Positions 26,806 to 36,400 of a stretch of DNA of 38,416 bases are shown here, one piece after another; position 1 is the stretch's first letter, and every line of letters starts with the position of its first letter. A program made the translations under genes and the position numbers. The notes beneath the pieces were generated by a model. The model saw nothing but the letters and a program-made list of their open reading frames with translations, made no database searches and was not told the DNA's origin. This stretch comes from Chitinophagaceae bacterium (GTDB lineage Bacteria > Bacteroidota > Bacteroidia > Chitinophagales > Chitinophagaceae). The stretch lies in assembly GCA_036002905.1 (NCBI GenBank), contig DASYSW010000331.1, forward strand, positions 1 to 38,416, given 5' to 3'.

Positions 26806-27648
26806 ATGACCTCAGTTAAACTAATTGCAGATAGTGGCGCCACGAAGACGGAGTGGTGCCTTTTAAATGGAAAGCGAAAGAAATCGATCCTTACGCAAGG
26901 TATTAGCACTTATTTTTTGGCTCCCGGGGAAATAAAAGATCTTTTACTAAAGGAGCTTAAGCCAAAAATAAAGCCTGTTGTCAATGAAATTCATTTTTAT
27001 GGGACCGGGCTGTTTGATCCCGCAAACAGGAAAATAATGGACAAGATTTTTCGGGAGATCTTTCCGGGGGCCAAAGCAAGTGTCGATGACGACATTACGG
27101 GGGCAGCAAGGGCCTTGTGTGGAAATCAGAAAGGTATAGCCTGTAACCTGGGAACAGGAACTTTCTCCTGTTACTACGACGGCAAAAAAATTGTTCGTAG
27201 CAGGCCTGGACCCGGATATGTTTTAGGGGATGAGGGAAGTGGTGCATACCTTGGGAAAAAAGTCCTTCAATATTATTTATATGAAATCTTTGACGAAGAC
27301 CTGAAGTATCTGTTTGATAAGAAGTACAACACTAACAGAGCTGAGATTTTGCAAAACGTATACAGAAAGCCATTCCCCAGTCGCTATCTCGCCTCGTTTG
27401 CACTGTTTCTTTCTGAAAACCGGGGACATTACATGGTCGAAAACATACTGGAGGACGGGCTAAATGACTTCTTTTTCTATCATCTTATAAAATATCCTGA
27501 GATTTGGAAATTACCTGTGAACTTTGTGGGCAGTATCGCGTTTGGATTCAGAGACGTGCTGCGGCAACTTTGCAATAATTATGAGTTCGACCTGGGAAAA
27601 GTAATAAAAAGACCAATGGAAGGGTTGGTTGATTTTCATGGCCGATAA
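26806..27648 (+). CDS. BadF/BadG/BcrA/BcrD-type ATPase, N-acetylglucosamine / MurNAc kinase-like
   Basis: LIADSGATKTEW and GYVLGDEGSGAYLG are present. The stop overlaps the murQ start (TAATG). Confidence 0.8.
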   Translation: MTSVKLIADSGATKTEWCLLNGKRKKSILTQGISTYFLAPGEIKDLLLKELKPKIKPVVNEIHFYGTGLFDPANRKIMDKIFREIFPGAKASVDDDITGAARALCGNQKGIACNLGTGTFSCYYDGKKIVRSRPGPGYVLGDEGSGAYLGKKVLQYYLYEIFDEDLKYLFDKKYNTNRAEILQNVYRKPFPSRYLASFALFLSENRGHYMVENILEDGLNDFFFYHLIKYPEIWKLPVNFVGSIAFGFRDVLRQLCNNYEFDLGKVIKRPMEGLVDFHGR

Positions 27649-28475
27649 TGAATGATATGGAAGAATTTTTAAAAATTACAGAACAAGCTTCGGAGTATCA
27701 CCACCTTGAAAAAATGAGCGTGCTTGAGATCCTGAGCCACATAAACGAGGAAGATCAAACTGTTCCTTTTGCTGTCGCGGAGGCTGTACCTCAAATTGAA
27801 TCGCTGGTACAGGCGATCACAGATAAAATGCTGATGGGAGGACGTTTATTTTATATTGGGGCCGGTACCAGCGGCAGGTTAGCAGTCGTGGATGCCAGTG
27901 AATGTCCGCCAACTTATGGCGTTCCCTATGGCCTGGTGATTGCGATTATAGCTGGCGGTGAAAAAGCAATTACGACCGCCGTTGAATTTGCCGAAGACGA
28001 CAAAGAGCAGGGATGGAAAGATCTGCAAGCCTTTAATGTTTGCGACCGAGATGTAGTAGTCGGTATCGCTGCAAGTGGGACAACGCCCTATGTAATTGGG
28101 GCGCTGGATGAATGCAGGCGAAAGGGAATCATAACTGGCAGCATTGCATGTAACCCAAATTCACCGATCAGTGCTGCAGCCGATTATCCTATCGAAGTAG
28201 TAGTGGGCCCAGAGTTCGTTACCGGAAGTACGAGAATGAAAAGTGGGACCGCACAAAAACTGGTATTAAATATGATTTCAACAACGGTAATGATACAGTT
28301 GGGCAGGGTGGAGGATAATAAAATGGTGAATATGCAGTTAACGAATGAGAAACTGGTAGACAGGGGAACCAAGATGGTAATGGAAAGAACGGGTATGAAA
28401 GATTATAATCGCGCAAAGGAGATCTTGTTGCAATTTGGAAGTGTAAAAAAAGCCGTGGAAAATTTGAAAATGTGA
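27648..28475 (+). CDS. murQ: N-acetylmuramic acid 6-phosphate etherase
   Basis: The SIS domain is GGRLFYIGAGTSGRLAVVDASECPPTYG. AEDD and GSTRMKSGTAQK are also present. Confidence 0.9.
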   Translation: MNDMEEFLKITEQASEYHHLEKMSVLEILSHINEEDQTVPFAVAEAVPQIESLVQAITDKMLMGGRLFYIGAGTSGRLAVVDASECPPTYGVPYGLVIAIIAGGEKAITTAVEFAEDDKEQGWKDLQAFNVCDRDVVVGIAASGTTPYVIGALDECRRKGIITGSIACNPNSPISAAADYPIEVVVGPEFVTGSTRMKSGTAQKLVLNMISTTVMIQLGRVEDNKMVNMQLTNEKLVDRGTKMVMERTGMKDYNRAKEILLQFGSVKKAVENLKM

Positions 28476-28517
28476 AACCCATCCCTTGATCATTTTCGAA
28501 TTGAGAAAATGTAGCCT

Positions 28518-29084
28518 ATGCACGACATTGAACCTTTTTATAATTGGCGTCATATTTATATAAGCGAGGACGATGAGCGGTCACCATTTTTTGGGAGAGC
28601 TTATTCTGAATTTGAATATTCGCACACCATTTACAATTACTACATCCATCCTCAATGGGATGATTTTGGCTCCCGTACACTTTATCTCAAAGTGCTGATC
28701 GCTGACTATGATGAAAGATATGCCGTTATTGAATTAATGGGGGAATGGAATGATGCCATCGAAAATGACATCATGGAGCTGAAACGGGAAGTGATCGATG
28801 TATTTGAGCGGGAAGGTATCTTCAAATTTGTATTAATAGCCGATAATGTTCTGAACTTTCACAGCGGAGGAAAAGAATATTACCAGGAATGGTATGAGGA
28901 AGTAACCGATGAAAACGGCTGGATCGTCATGATCGACATGCCGGAGGCGACACAACATGACTTTAAAAATGCCAAACTCAACCAGTTTATAGAATTATAT
29001 GACCTCCCCAACTGGAGAACCTATAAACCTTTTCATCTCTTCAAGAAGATTGACAACGAACTGATGGCACGATTAAAGATGTAG
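28518..29084 (+). CDS. Conserved hypothetical cytoplasmic protein
   Basis: 188-aa acidic ORF with no recognised catalytic motif. Coding potential is judged from length and the lack of competing ORFs. Confidence 0.6.
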   Translation: MHDIEPFYNWRHIYISEDDERSPFFGRAYSEFEYSHTIYNYYIHPQWDDFGSRTLYLKVLIADYDERYAVIELMGEWNDAIENDIMELKREVIDVFEREGIFKFVLIADNVLNFHSGGKEYYQEWYEEVTDENGWIVMIDMPEATQHDFKNAKLNQFIELYDLPNWRTYKPFHLFKKIDNELMARLKM

Positions 29085-29144
29085 CCCTTATTATAACAAG
29101 TAAGTATCCAAAAAAGTTTTCTACTTCGTTTGACGTTCCGATGC

Positions 29145-29152
29145 TATTTTTG
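29145..29152 (+). promoter_or_regulatory. Candidate -7 box TATTTTTG upstream of sdhC
   Basis: An exact TAnnTTTG match lies 69 nt upstream of the sdhC ATG. Confidence 0.35.
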
Positions 29153-29157
29153 CAGCG

Positions 29158-29206
29158 CCAAAGGTCCAACGGACTACGTTGTAGCGATCCTTTGGATAAT
29201 TTTTTA
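29158..29206 (+). terminator. Nested hairpin plus T-run, either the terminator of the upstream gene or a leader attenuator of sdhC
   Basis: The outer stem is CCAAAGG...CCTTTGG and the inner stem is CAACG-gacta-CGTTG. ATAATTTTTT follows, ending 15 nt before the sdhC ATG. Confidence 0.4.
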
Positions 29207-29220
29207 GCTCCGCTTGATTT

Positions 29221-29928
29221 ATGAAATGGTCTGAATTCTTCACTTCGTCTGTAGGTAAAAAGTTTGTGATGGCAGTAACGGGGTTATCCCTGATCTTGTT
29301 TTTGATCGTTCATGTTACCGTAAATGCCTGTATGTGGGCCGTTGTCTTTGTGCCCGATGACAATGGCGAAGTGTTCAATAAAGCTGCTCACTGGCTTGGC
29401 CAGACATTGGTTCCGCGTGTTCTCGAAATTGGATTGTTTGTTTTTTTTATCATCCATATTATACAAGGCTATGTCTTAGAGGTGCAAAACAGGAGAAGAA
29501 GGGGCGTCAGCTACAACGTTCCGATGGGTTCAAATGGAAGCACATGGTATCGCAAATCAATGGGTCTTCTTGGTACACTCGTGTTCTTATTCCTGGTTGT
29601 TCACATTGCTGATTTTTGGATACCGTCAAGATTTGGCGGATTAGATGAGGTGATGTATGACGATACACCCGGAAAAGCATATCATAATCTCTATGGGAAA
29701 ATGGTTGTAGTTTTTCAAAATCCATGGATAGTGGTTTTATATATCATCGGCTGTATTTCTCTTGCCTGGCATTTGATACACGGATTTCAAAGTTCTTTCA
29801 GGACGCTGGGTGTTTCGAATAAAAGATACCTGGCGATCTTAAATGGAACAGGTTGGGCATTTTCAATTATCGTTTGCCTTTTATTCGCTATGATGCCGAT
29901 AAGCGCGTATTTGGGTTGGGTGAGCTAG
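29221..29928 (+). CDS. sdhC: Succinate dehydrogenase / fumarate reductase cytochrome b subunit (b558 family)
   Basis: The N-terminus FFTSSVGKKFVMAVTGLSLILFLIVH is followed by 5 TM segments with conserved His residues. The gene precedes sdhA and sdhB. Confidence 0.85.
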   Translation: MKWSEFFTSSVGKKFVMAVTGLSLILFLIVHVTVNACMWAVVFVPDDNGEVFNKAAHWLGQTLVPRVLEIGLFVFFIIHIIQGYVLEVQNRRRRGVSYNVPMGSNGSTWYRKSMGLLGTLVFLFLVVHIADFWIPSRFGGLDEVMYDDTPGKAYHNLYGKMVVVFQNPWIVVLYIIGCISLAWHLIHGFQSSFRTLGVSNKRYLAILNGTGWAFSIIVCLLFAMMPISAYLGWVS

Positions 29929-29977
29929 TAAGTGGTGAATGGTGAGTGACGCCTGGTGAGTGGTGACTGGTGAGTAG
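29929..29977. repeat. Heptad nnGGTGA repeat copy directly after the sdhC stop
   Basis: The sequence reads taaGTGGTGAatGGTGAgtGACGCctGGTGAgtGGTGActGGTGAgtag. Confidence 0.7.
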
Positions 29978-29985
29978 GGCCCGTA

Positions 29986-30103
29986 GAGAAAAAATAAGAA
30001 TTGCAAGATACCCCGCTGGGTAAAACATTGTTAGCAAGTTTCACCGCGTGGAGAAAAAATAAGAATTTCAAGATACCCCATAGGGGTAAAACATTGTCAG
30101 CAA
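29986..30103 (+). repeat. Tandem duplication of a 52/53-nt unit with a 65-bp period
   Basis: The unit is GAGAAAAAATAAGAATT(g/t)CAAGATACCCC(gct/atag)GGGTAAAACATTGT(t/c)AGCAA, at 29986-30037 and 30051-30103. Each unit contains a small CCCC...GGG(G) hairpin. Confidence 0.8.
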
Positions 30104-30317
30104 CGGGTTTCAACCCCTTGAAAAAAAATGAATGGATTAATGAGCCCTGCAAGGGGGTCAATTCGATCAACAGAATCACCGAACGCACAAGAGTGCGACG
30201 CAACAGCAGTTGAATGGTGAAGAGAAGCTGGTACCAAAAAAATAAAATCTAATAGGTAAAGGAGCCGTGAAAGAGAAAAAGAGGTAAGCACATTAATCAC
30301 ATAAATCAGAATAACCA

Positions 30318-32294
30318 GTGGTTTTAGATTCGAAAATTCCGGTAGGGCCGTTGAGCGCCAAATGGACGAATTACAAGGGGCATTGTAAGCTGGTGAACCC
30401 CGCCAACAAACGCAAGCTGGAAATAATCATAGTTGGAACTGGATTAGCCGGAGCGTCAGCAGCTGCATCACTGGCTGAATTAGGCTACAAGATAAAAGCA
30501 TTTTGTTTCCAGGATTCTCCGCGACGCGCACATTCCATCGCCGCGCAGGGAGGGATCAACGCAGCAAAAAATTATCAGAATGATGGAGACAGTGTTTACC
30601 GGTTATTTTATGATACTATCAAAGGCGGTGATTATCGTGCAAGAGAAGGGAATGTGCATCGCCTGGCAGAAGTAAGTGTGAACATCATTGATCAATGCGT
30701 GGCCCAAGGCGTGCCATTTGCAAGAGAATATGGTGGCTTGTTGAGCAATCGTTCATTTGGTGGCACGCAAGTGCAAAGAACATTTTATGCTGCCGGTCAA
30801 ACGGGTCAGCAATTGTTGATCGGTGCATACCAGGCATTGGAAAGACAAGTAACGCTGGGAAACGTACAAATGTATTCACGCCATGAGATGCTCGATATTG
30901 TGAACATCGATGGAAAGTGTCGCGGTATTGTCGTTCGCGATTTGGTAAGCGGTCGTCTTGAACGACATTCTGGTCATGCCGTGTTACTATGCACAGGTGG
31001 CTACGGAAACGTTTTTTATCTCTCTACAAACGCGATGGGTTGCAATGTGACAGCTATTTGGAAAGCACATAAAAAAGGCGCATATTTTGCCAATCCCTGC
31101 TTTACACAAATTCATCCTACGTGTATCCCGGTTACCGGAGATCATCAAAGCAAATTGACATTGATGTCTGAATCGCTCCGCAATGATGGTCGTATTTGGG
31201 TACCAAAACAAAAAGGAGATGCGAGAAGAGCAAACGAAATTCCGGAAGATGAAAGAGATTATTACCTGGAGAGGAGATATCCGGCGTTTGGAAATCTAGT
31301 TCCAAGAGATGTTGCATCGAGAGCAGCAAAAGAAAGATGTGATGCCGGCTATGGTGTGGGAACGTCAAAGCAGGCGGTCTATCTTGATTATGCCGATGCG
31401 ATCGTGCGTTATGGAAAGATCGAATGCAGCAAGCTGGCAATAGAAAACCCGACACCTGAAGATGTTCGTCACCACGGAAAGGAAGTGGTAAAAGAGAAAT
31501 ATGGAAATCTTTTCGATATGTATGAAAAGATAACCGGGGAAAATCCATATGAGGTCCCAATGAGAATTTATCCGGCCGTTCACTATACGATGGGTGGTTT
31601 GTGGGTCGATTATGAATTGATGAGCAACTTGAATGGCCTGTATGTTTTGGGTGAGGCAAATTTCTCTGATCACGGGGCGAATCGTTTGGGTGCCTCAGCA
31701 TTGATGCAGGGATTGGGAGACGGGTATTTTGTGATTCCTTATACAATCGGAAATTATTTAGCCGGAGAGATCCGGAATCCGTTGGTCCCTACCAGTCATG
31801 AAGCCTTTGTTGAAGCAGAGAAAAAAGTATCCGATCGGATCAATCAATTGATGAACATTAAGGGTTCACGATCGGTAGAGAGTTTTCATAAACGTCTCGG
31901 AAAAATTATTTGGGATAACTGTGGAATGGCCCGCAGTGCACAAGGATTGCAGGAGGCGATAAAAGAGGTCCAACTGTTGAAAGAAGAATTTTGGAAAGAT
32001 GTTCGAATACCCGGAGATATAAATGAATTCAATCCTGAACTGGACAAGGCGCAGCGAGTGGCAGATTTTATTGAACTGGGTGAATTGATGTGTATTGATG
32101 CGCTGCATCGGAATGAAAGTGCAGGAGGACATTTCCGGGAAGAATATCAAACGCCCGATGGAGAAGCATTGAGACAGGATGACAAGTTTATGTACGTGGC
32201 CGCGTGGGAGTACAAAGGAGAACATCAGTGGGAGTTGCATAAGGAGGAGTTGACGTATGAGGAGGTGAAACCAACACAACGGAGTTATAAGTAA
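30318..32294 (+). CDS. sdhA: Succinate dehydrogenase / fumarate reductase flavoprotein subunit
   Basis: The FAD-binding motif is [26 protein letters not shown]-type ([15 protein letters not shown]) and catalytic His/Arg blocks are present. The protein is 658 aa with a GTG start. Confidence 0.95.
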   Translation: MVLDSKIPVGPLSAKWTNYKGHCKLVNPANKRKLEIIIVGTGLAGASAAASLAELGYKIKAFCFQDSPRRAHSIAAQGGINAAKNYQNDGDSVYRLFYDTIKGGDYRAREGNVHRLAEVSVNIIDQCVAQGVPFAREYGGLLSNRSFGGTQVQRTFYAAGQTGQQLLIGAYQALERQVTLGNVQMYSRHEMLDIVNIDGKCRGIVVRDLVSGRLERHSGHAVLLCTGGYGNVFYLSTNAMGCNVTAIWKAHKKGAYFANPCFTQIHPTCIPVTGDHQSKLTLMSESLRNDGRIWVPKQKGDARRANEIPEDERDYYLERRYPAFGNLVPRDVASRAAKERCDAGYGVGTSKQAVYLDYADAIVRYGKIECSKLAIENPTPEDVRHHGKEVVKEKYGNLFDMYEKITGENPYEVPMRIYPAVHYTMGGLWVDYELMSNLNGLYVLGEANFSDHGANRLGASALMQGLGDGYFVIPYTIGNYLAGEIRNPLVPTSHEAFVEAEKKVSDRINQLMNIKGSRSVESFHKRLGKIIWDNCGMARSAQGLQEAIKEVQLLKEEFWKDVRIPGDINEFNPELDKAQRVADFIELGELMCIDALHRNESAGGHFREEYQTPDGEALRQDDKFMYVAAWEYKGEHQWELHKEELTYEEVKPTQRSYK

Positions 32295-32392
32295 GCCGCC
32301 GTCCCCTGAAGGGGAGCTATAAGGCGGTACTTAGTTTGAACATTTTATCGAGTTATTTAAAAATAAAAAATTCCCCTTTAGGGGATAGGGGT

Positions 32393-33157
32393 ATGGAACA
32401 TTACACAATGAATTTGACCTTAAAAGTTTGGCGTCAGAAAAATGCTGATAGTAAGGGAAGTTTTGAAACATATGAAGTAAAAGGTATCTCGTCGGAAATG
32501 TCCTTCCTGGAAATGTTTGATGTACTGAATGAACGGCTGATCCATGAAGGAAAAGATCCTATTGCATTTGATCATGACTGTCGTGAAGGAATTTGTGGTA
32601 CTTGTTCCATGTACATCAACGGTCGTCCTCATGGTCCATGGGCAGCCACTACGACCTGCCAGCTTCACATGCGTGCGTTCAAAGATGGTGACACGATTGT
32701 GGTTGAGCCATGGAGAGCTAAAGCCTTTCCTGTTGTAAAAGATCTTGTTGTTAATCGGAGTGCTTTCGACCGCATCATCCAGGCGGGCGGATATATATCA
32801 GTAAATACCGGGAGCGCCGTTGATGGCAATGCCATCCCGATTGAAAAAGAAAACGCCGATAAGGCATTTGCAGCGGCTGCTTGTATTGGATGCGGCGCCT
32901 GCGTTGCAGCATGCAAGAATTCTTCCGCGATGTTGTTTGTTTCTGCCAAGGTTGCTCATTTAGCGTTGCTGCCGCAAGGCGCGCCGGAAAGGAGGACAAG
33001 AGTGCTCTCTATGGTCGAGCAAATGGATAAAGAAGGTTTTGGAAGTTGCACTTTTACCCAGGCCTGCGAAGCCGTTTGCCCGAAAGAAATTTCAATCACT
33101 AACATCTCCAGGTTGAAGAAGGAATACCTGGCAAGCGCTTTCAGTGAAGACAAATGA
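32393..33157 (+). CDS. sdhB: Succinate dehydrogenase / fumarate reductase iron-sulfur subunit
   Basis: [17 protein letters not shown] (2Fe-2S), [11 protein letters not shown] and [12 protein letters not shown] (4Fe-4S/3Fe-4S) are present. The start is either ATG 32393 (MEHYTMNL) or 32408 (MNLTL). The ORF-track start at 32336 reads through a repeat hairpin. Confidence 0.9.
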   Translation: MEHYTMNLTLKVWRQKNADSKGSFETYEVKGISSEMSFLEMFDVLNERLIHEGKDPIAFDHDCREGICGTCSMYINGRPHGPWAATTTCQLHMRAFKDGDTIVVEPWRAKAFPVVKDLVVNRSAFDRIIQAGGYISVNTGSAVDGNAIPIEKENADKAFAAAACIGCGACVAACKNSSAMLFVSAKVAHLALLPQGAPERRTRVLSMVEQMDKEGFGSCTFTQACEAVCPKEISITNISRLKKEYLASAFSEDK

Positions 33158-33463
33158 CCTGCCCGATCTGGTCCGTTTCTTTCTGAGCGGCGATGTTCCC
33201 CTGGTCATCTGAATATTTTTTGTATCCATATAGCCCAATATTTCGGTTGTCCGGCTATTTTCTATCCCCCGCAGTTGTTCCTTTCTGCCCGTGCCCGGCC
33301 GGGGATATCAACGTGATCGTGATTAAGATTTTCGGCTGCTCGTCGTTGCTTTTTATTTGAATCTTCCGATTCTCCCGCCGCTTTTTGGCTGAATTGCTGG
33401 CAGGGACTGGTTTTCAGGCAATAAAAACCCGATTTTTACGCTTTTACCGTAAACCCACTGCTT

Positions 33464-36400
33464 TTGAAGCAATTGAGCCGGATATTGCTGCTCCTTCTAT
33501 TGGTCCTACTCTCTGTTTGGACCAGCGGGCAGTTGCCTACCCAAATTGGCGGCATGGGCTCAAACCTTCGACAGCGAAAATTAGCGGTTACCGATACAAT
33601 GAGGCTCGACACGATCAGCATTGTCCCCCGGACGCTGTCCATTGCCGGCATACCGGATTCAGAATACCATTTGGATTTTATAAAAGCCATTCTCTACTGG
33701 AAGCAGAAGCCCTCCGTTGACAGTGTCTCGCTTAGCTACCGCGTATTCCCGTTTAAATTGAACCCGGTTGCACAACATCTGAATTACGACAGCATATCAA
33801 AAGTTCCATTTGTGATCCCGCTGAACTCTGCTACCTATCGGTATGGTTCTTCAAAAGGAATGTTTGATTTTGGTAACCTGAGTACCGTGGGCTCATTTGG
33901 ACGACAAATTTCTTTTGGAAACAGCCAGGACGCGGTTCTTAATTCAACCCTTAATTTACAAATGCAGGGGATGCTGGGCGATAGCATCGAAATTCATGCA
34001 GCGATCACAGATAACAACATCCCTATCCAACCTGACGGTAACACCCAGCAGTTAAGCGAATTTGACCAGGTCTTCCTTCAGTTCAAAAAGAAAAACTGGC
34101 AATTGAGTTTGGGGGACATTGATATCCGGCAAAACCAAACTTATTTTTTGAATTTTTATAAGCGGCTTGAGGGCATTTCCTTTGAAACCAACAACCAGAT
34201 CTCAGGGTCAGTAAATTCAAATACCCTCGTTAGCGGCTCTATTGCCAAGGGAAAATTTACAAGAAATGTTTTCCAGGGACTTGAAGGAAACCAGGGGCCA
34301 TATCGGCTTACCGGCGCAAATAATGAGTTCTTTTTTATTGTACTCGCTAATACCGAAAGAGTTTTTATAGATGGCGAACTCCTTCAACGCGGAGAAGACC
34401 AGGACTACGTGATCAATTACAACACTGCAGAAATAACGTTTACTCCCAGGAGAATGATCACAAAGGATACAAGGATCCAGGTTGAATTTGAATATTCTGA
34501 CAGGAATTTTCTGAATGCAAATCTGTACCTGTCGCAGGATCTCAATATCAATAAAAAACTGAAGTTGCATTTTGGTGCTTTCAATAACAGTGATGCAAAG
34601 AATTCAACGATCAACCAGACACTGGATCCAAACCAAAAAACATTCTTAGCTAACCTGGGTGACAGTCTTCAAAATGCCTTTTACCCGGTTGCGCCGATCG
34701 ATACGTTTGCTGCTAATAAAATTTTATATGCAAAGGTCTTTGACAGTACGATGAGTGTCGATTCATTTTACCGATACTCAACAAACCCCGACAGCGCGAA
34801 GTATAATCTTTCATTTGTAGATGTAGGACAAGGGAAAGGGAATTATGTTCCTGATCCAAATGGAGCGAATGGAAAAGTATATCGTTTCGTTCCTGCCCTC
34901 AATAACGTGAAACAGGGAAGATACGAGCCGGCCATGATCCTGGTAACTCCCAAAAAGCAACAAGTGTTCAATCTGGGTATTGACTATGCGATCACCAAGC
35001 GTACTTCGGTAACCAGTGAAGTAGCAATGAGTAATTATGATGCAAATACCTTCTCAAAAATCAATAATGGTGACGATAAGGGTTATGCAGCAAAATTCAG
35101 GTTGACAAACGCGCTGCCAATCAGCACAAAAAAACCAAAGGACCTTCGATTGTTGACAACATTGGATTACGAATATGTCCAGGACAAATTCAAGCCGATT
35201 GAAAGGCTCAGGGAAGTGGAGTTTACCAGAGATTGGGGGTTGCCATTGGTCTTGACCCCTGCGACTGAAAATATAATAAGAGCTTCAGCACAATTAAAAG
35301 ACAAGAACAGCAACTCATTGGCTTACCAGGTTACAAACTATAACCGGAGTGATAGTTACAATGGTGTTCAAAATTCGGTTTTGCAGAATATGAATGTAAA
35401 AGGCTGGCAATTTAATAACCAGTTTTTCATTACGAATTTTAAAACCCTGGACTCGAGAGGATATTTTTTACGCCCGGTATTCGATTTGAGCAAGCAGTTG
35501 AACAAAATGGGTGGATTACGTTTTGGAATAAGATATGCGCTTGAGCAAAATCAAACCAAAAACGACGAGACAGATTCGCTCAACCTTAATAGTTTTTCAT
35601 TTGATACCTACTCGGTGTACGTGCAGTCGGATCAAAAGCGAAAAAATAAATACGGCCTCACTTTTTTCACGCGCACCGATAAGTATCCATATGGCAAAGA
35701 GCTTTATCGCGGCGACAAAAGTTATAATATCAATTTTCAAACTGAGCTGGTCAGTAATGAGCATCGTCAATTCCTGTTGAATGCCACCTACCGGAAATTG
35801 AAAGTTTTGAATTCATTTGTTACTTCACAAAAAGATGATAACACGATTTTGGGTCGTGCGGAATACATAGTAAATGAATGGAAGGGGCTATTGACAGGAA
35901 ATATTTTGTATGAATTGGGAGCGGGACAGGAACAAAAAAGGGATTACGCTTATGTTGAAGTACCCGCCGGAACCGGGCAATATGCCTGGATTGATTACAA
36001 TAACGACGGCGTTCAGCAATTGAACGAATTTGAATTGGCTGCATTCCCGGACCAGGCGAAATTTATCCGGATATTTACACCCACCAATGAATTTGTAAAG
36101 GCGAATTACAACACCTTTAATTATAGTGTGACCCTGAATCCGAGGGCAGCCATGAACTCTTCAAGACTGAGAAGTTTGCCAAAATTAATTTCGAAGATCA
36201 ACCTTCAGTCTTCACTGCAGATATCAAAAAAATCTATTGCTAACGGTGATTTTGAATTCAATCCTTTCAAGTATGCCTTAAATGATACGGCGTTAATCAC
36301 TTTAAATACCGTTTTGCTGAATACATTTTCATTCAATCGCTTTGGTGGTTTCTGGGGTTTTGACGTAAGCAATTTGCAAAACGGCGGCAAAGCCTTGCTG

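Noticed and set aside
29925-30213. ORFs of 92 aa (-) and 70 aa (+) inside the sdhC-sdhA spacer
   Set aside because: Both are read-throughs of the heptad and 52-nt repeats. The duplicated peptide segments mirror the DNA repeats, and they lie on opposing strands over the same DNA.
31132-31746. 204-aa antisense ORF inside sdhA. Other long antisense ORFs occur at 17257-17829, 2562-2954, 25285-25680, 8891-9238 and 11197-11574.
   Set aside because: Each lies fully within a strongly supported gene on the opposite strand, and the products are low-complexity with no motifs. They are typical shadow ORFs.
33385-33720. 111-aa ORF overlapping the start of the large outer-membrane protein gene in another frame
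   Set aside because: The 1169-aa frame has a canonical signal peptide and continues for 3.5 kb. The overlapping ORF has no features.
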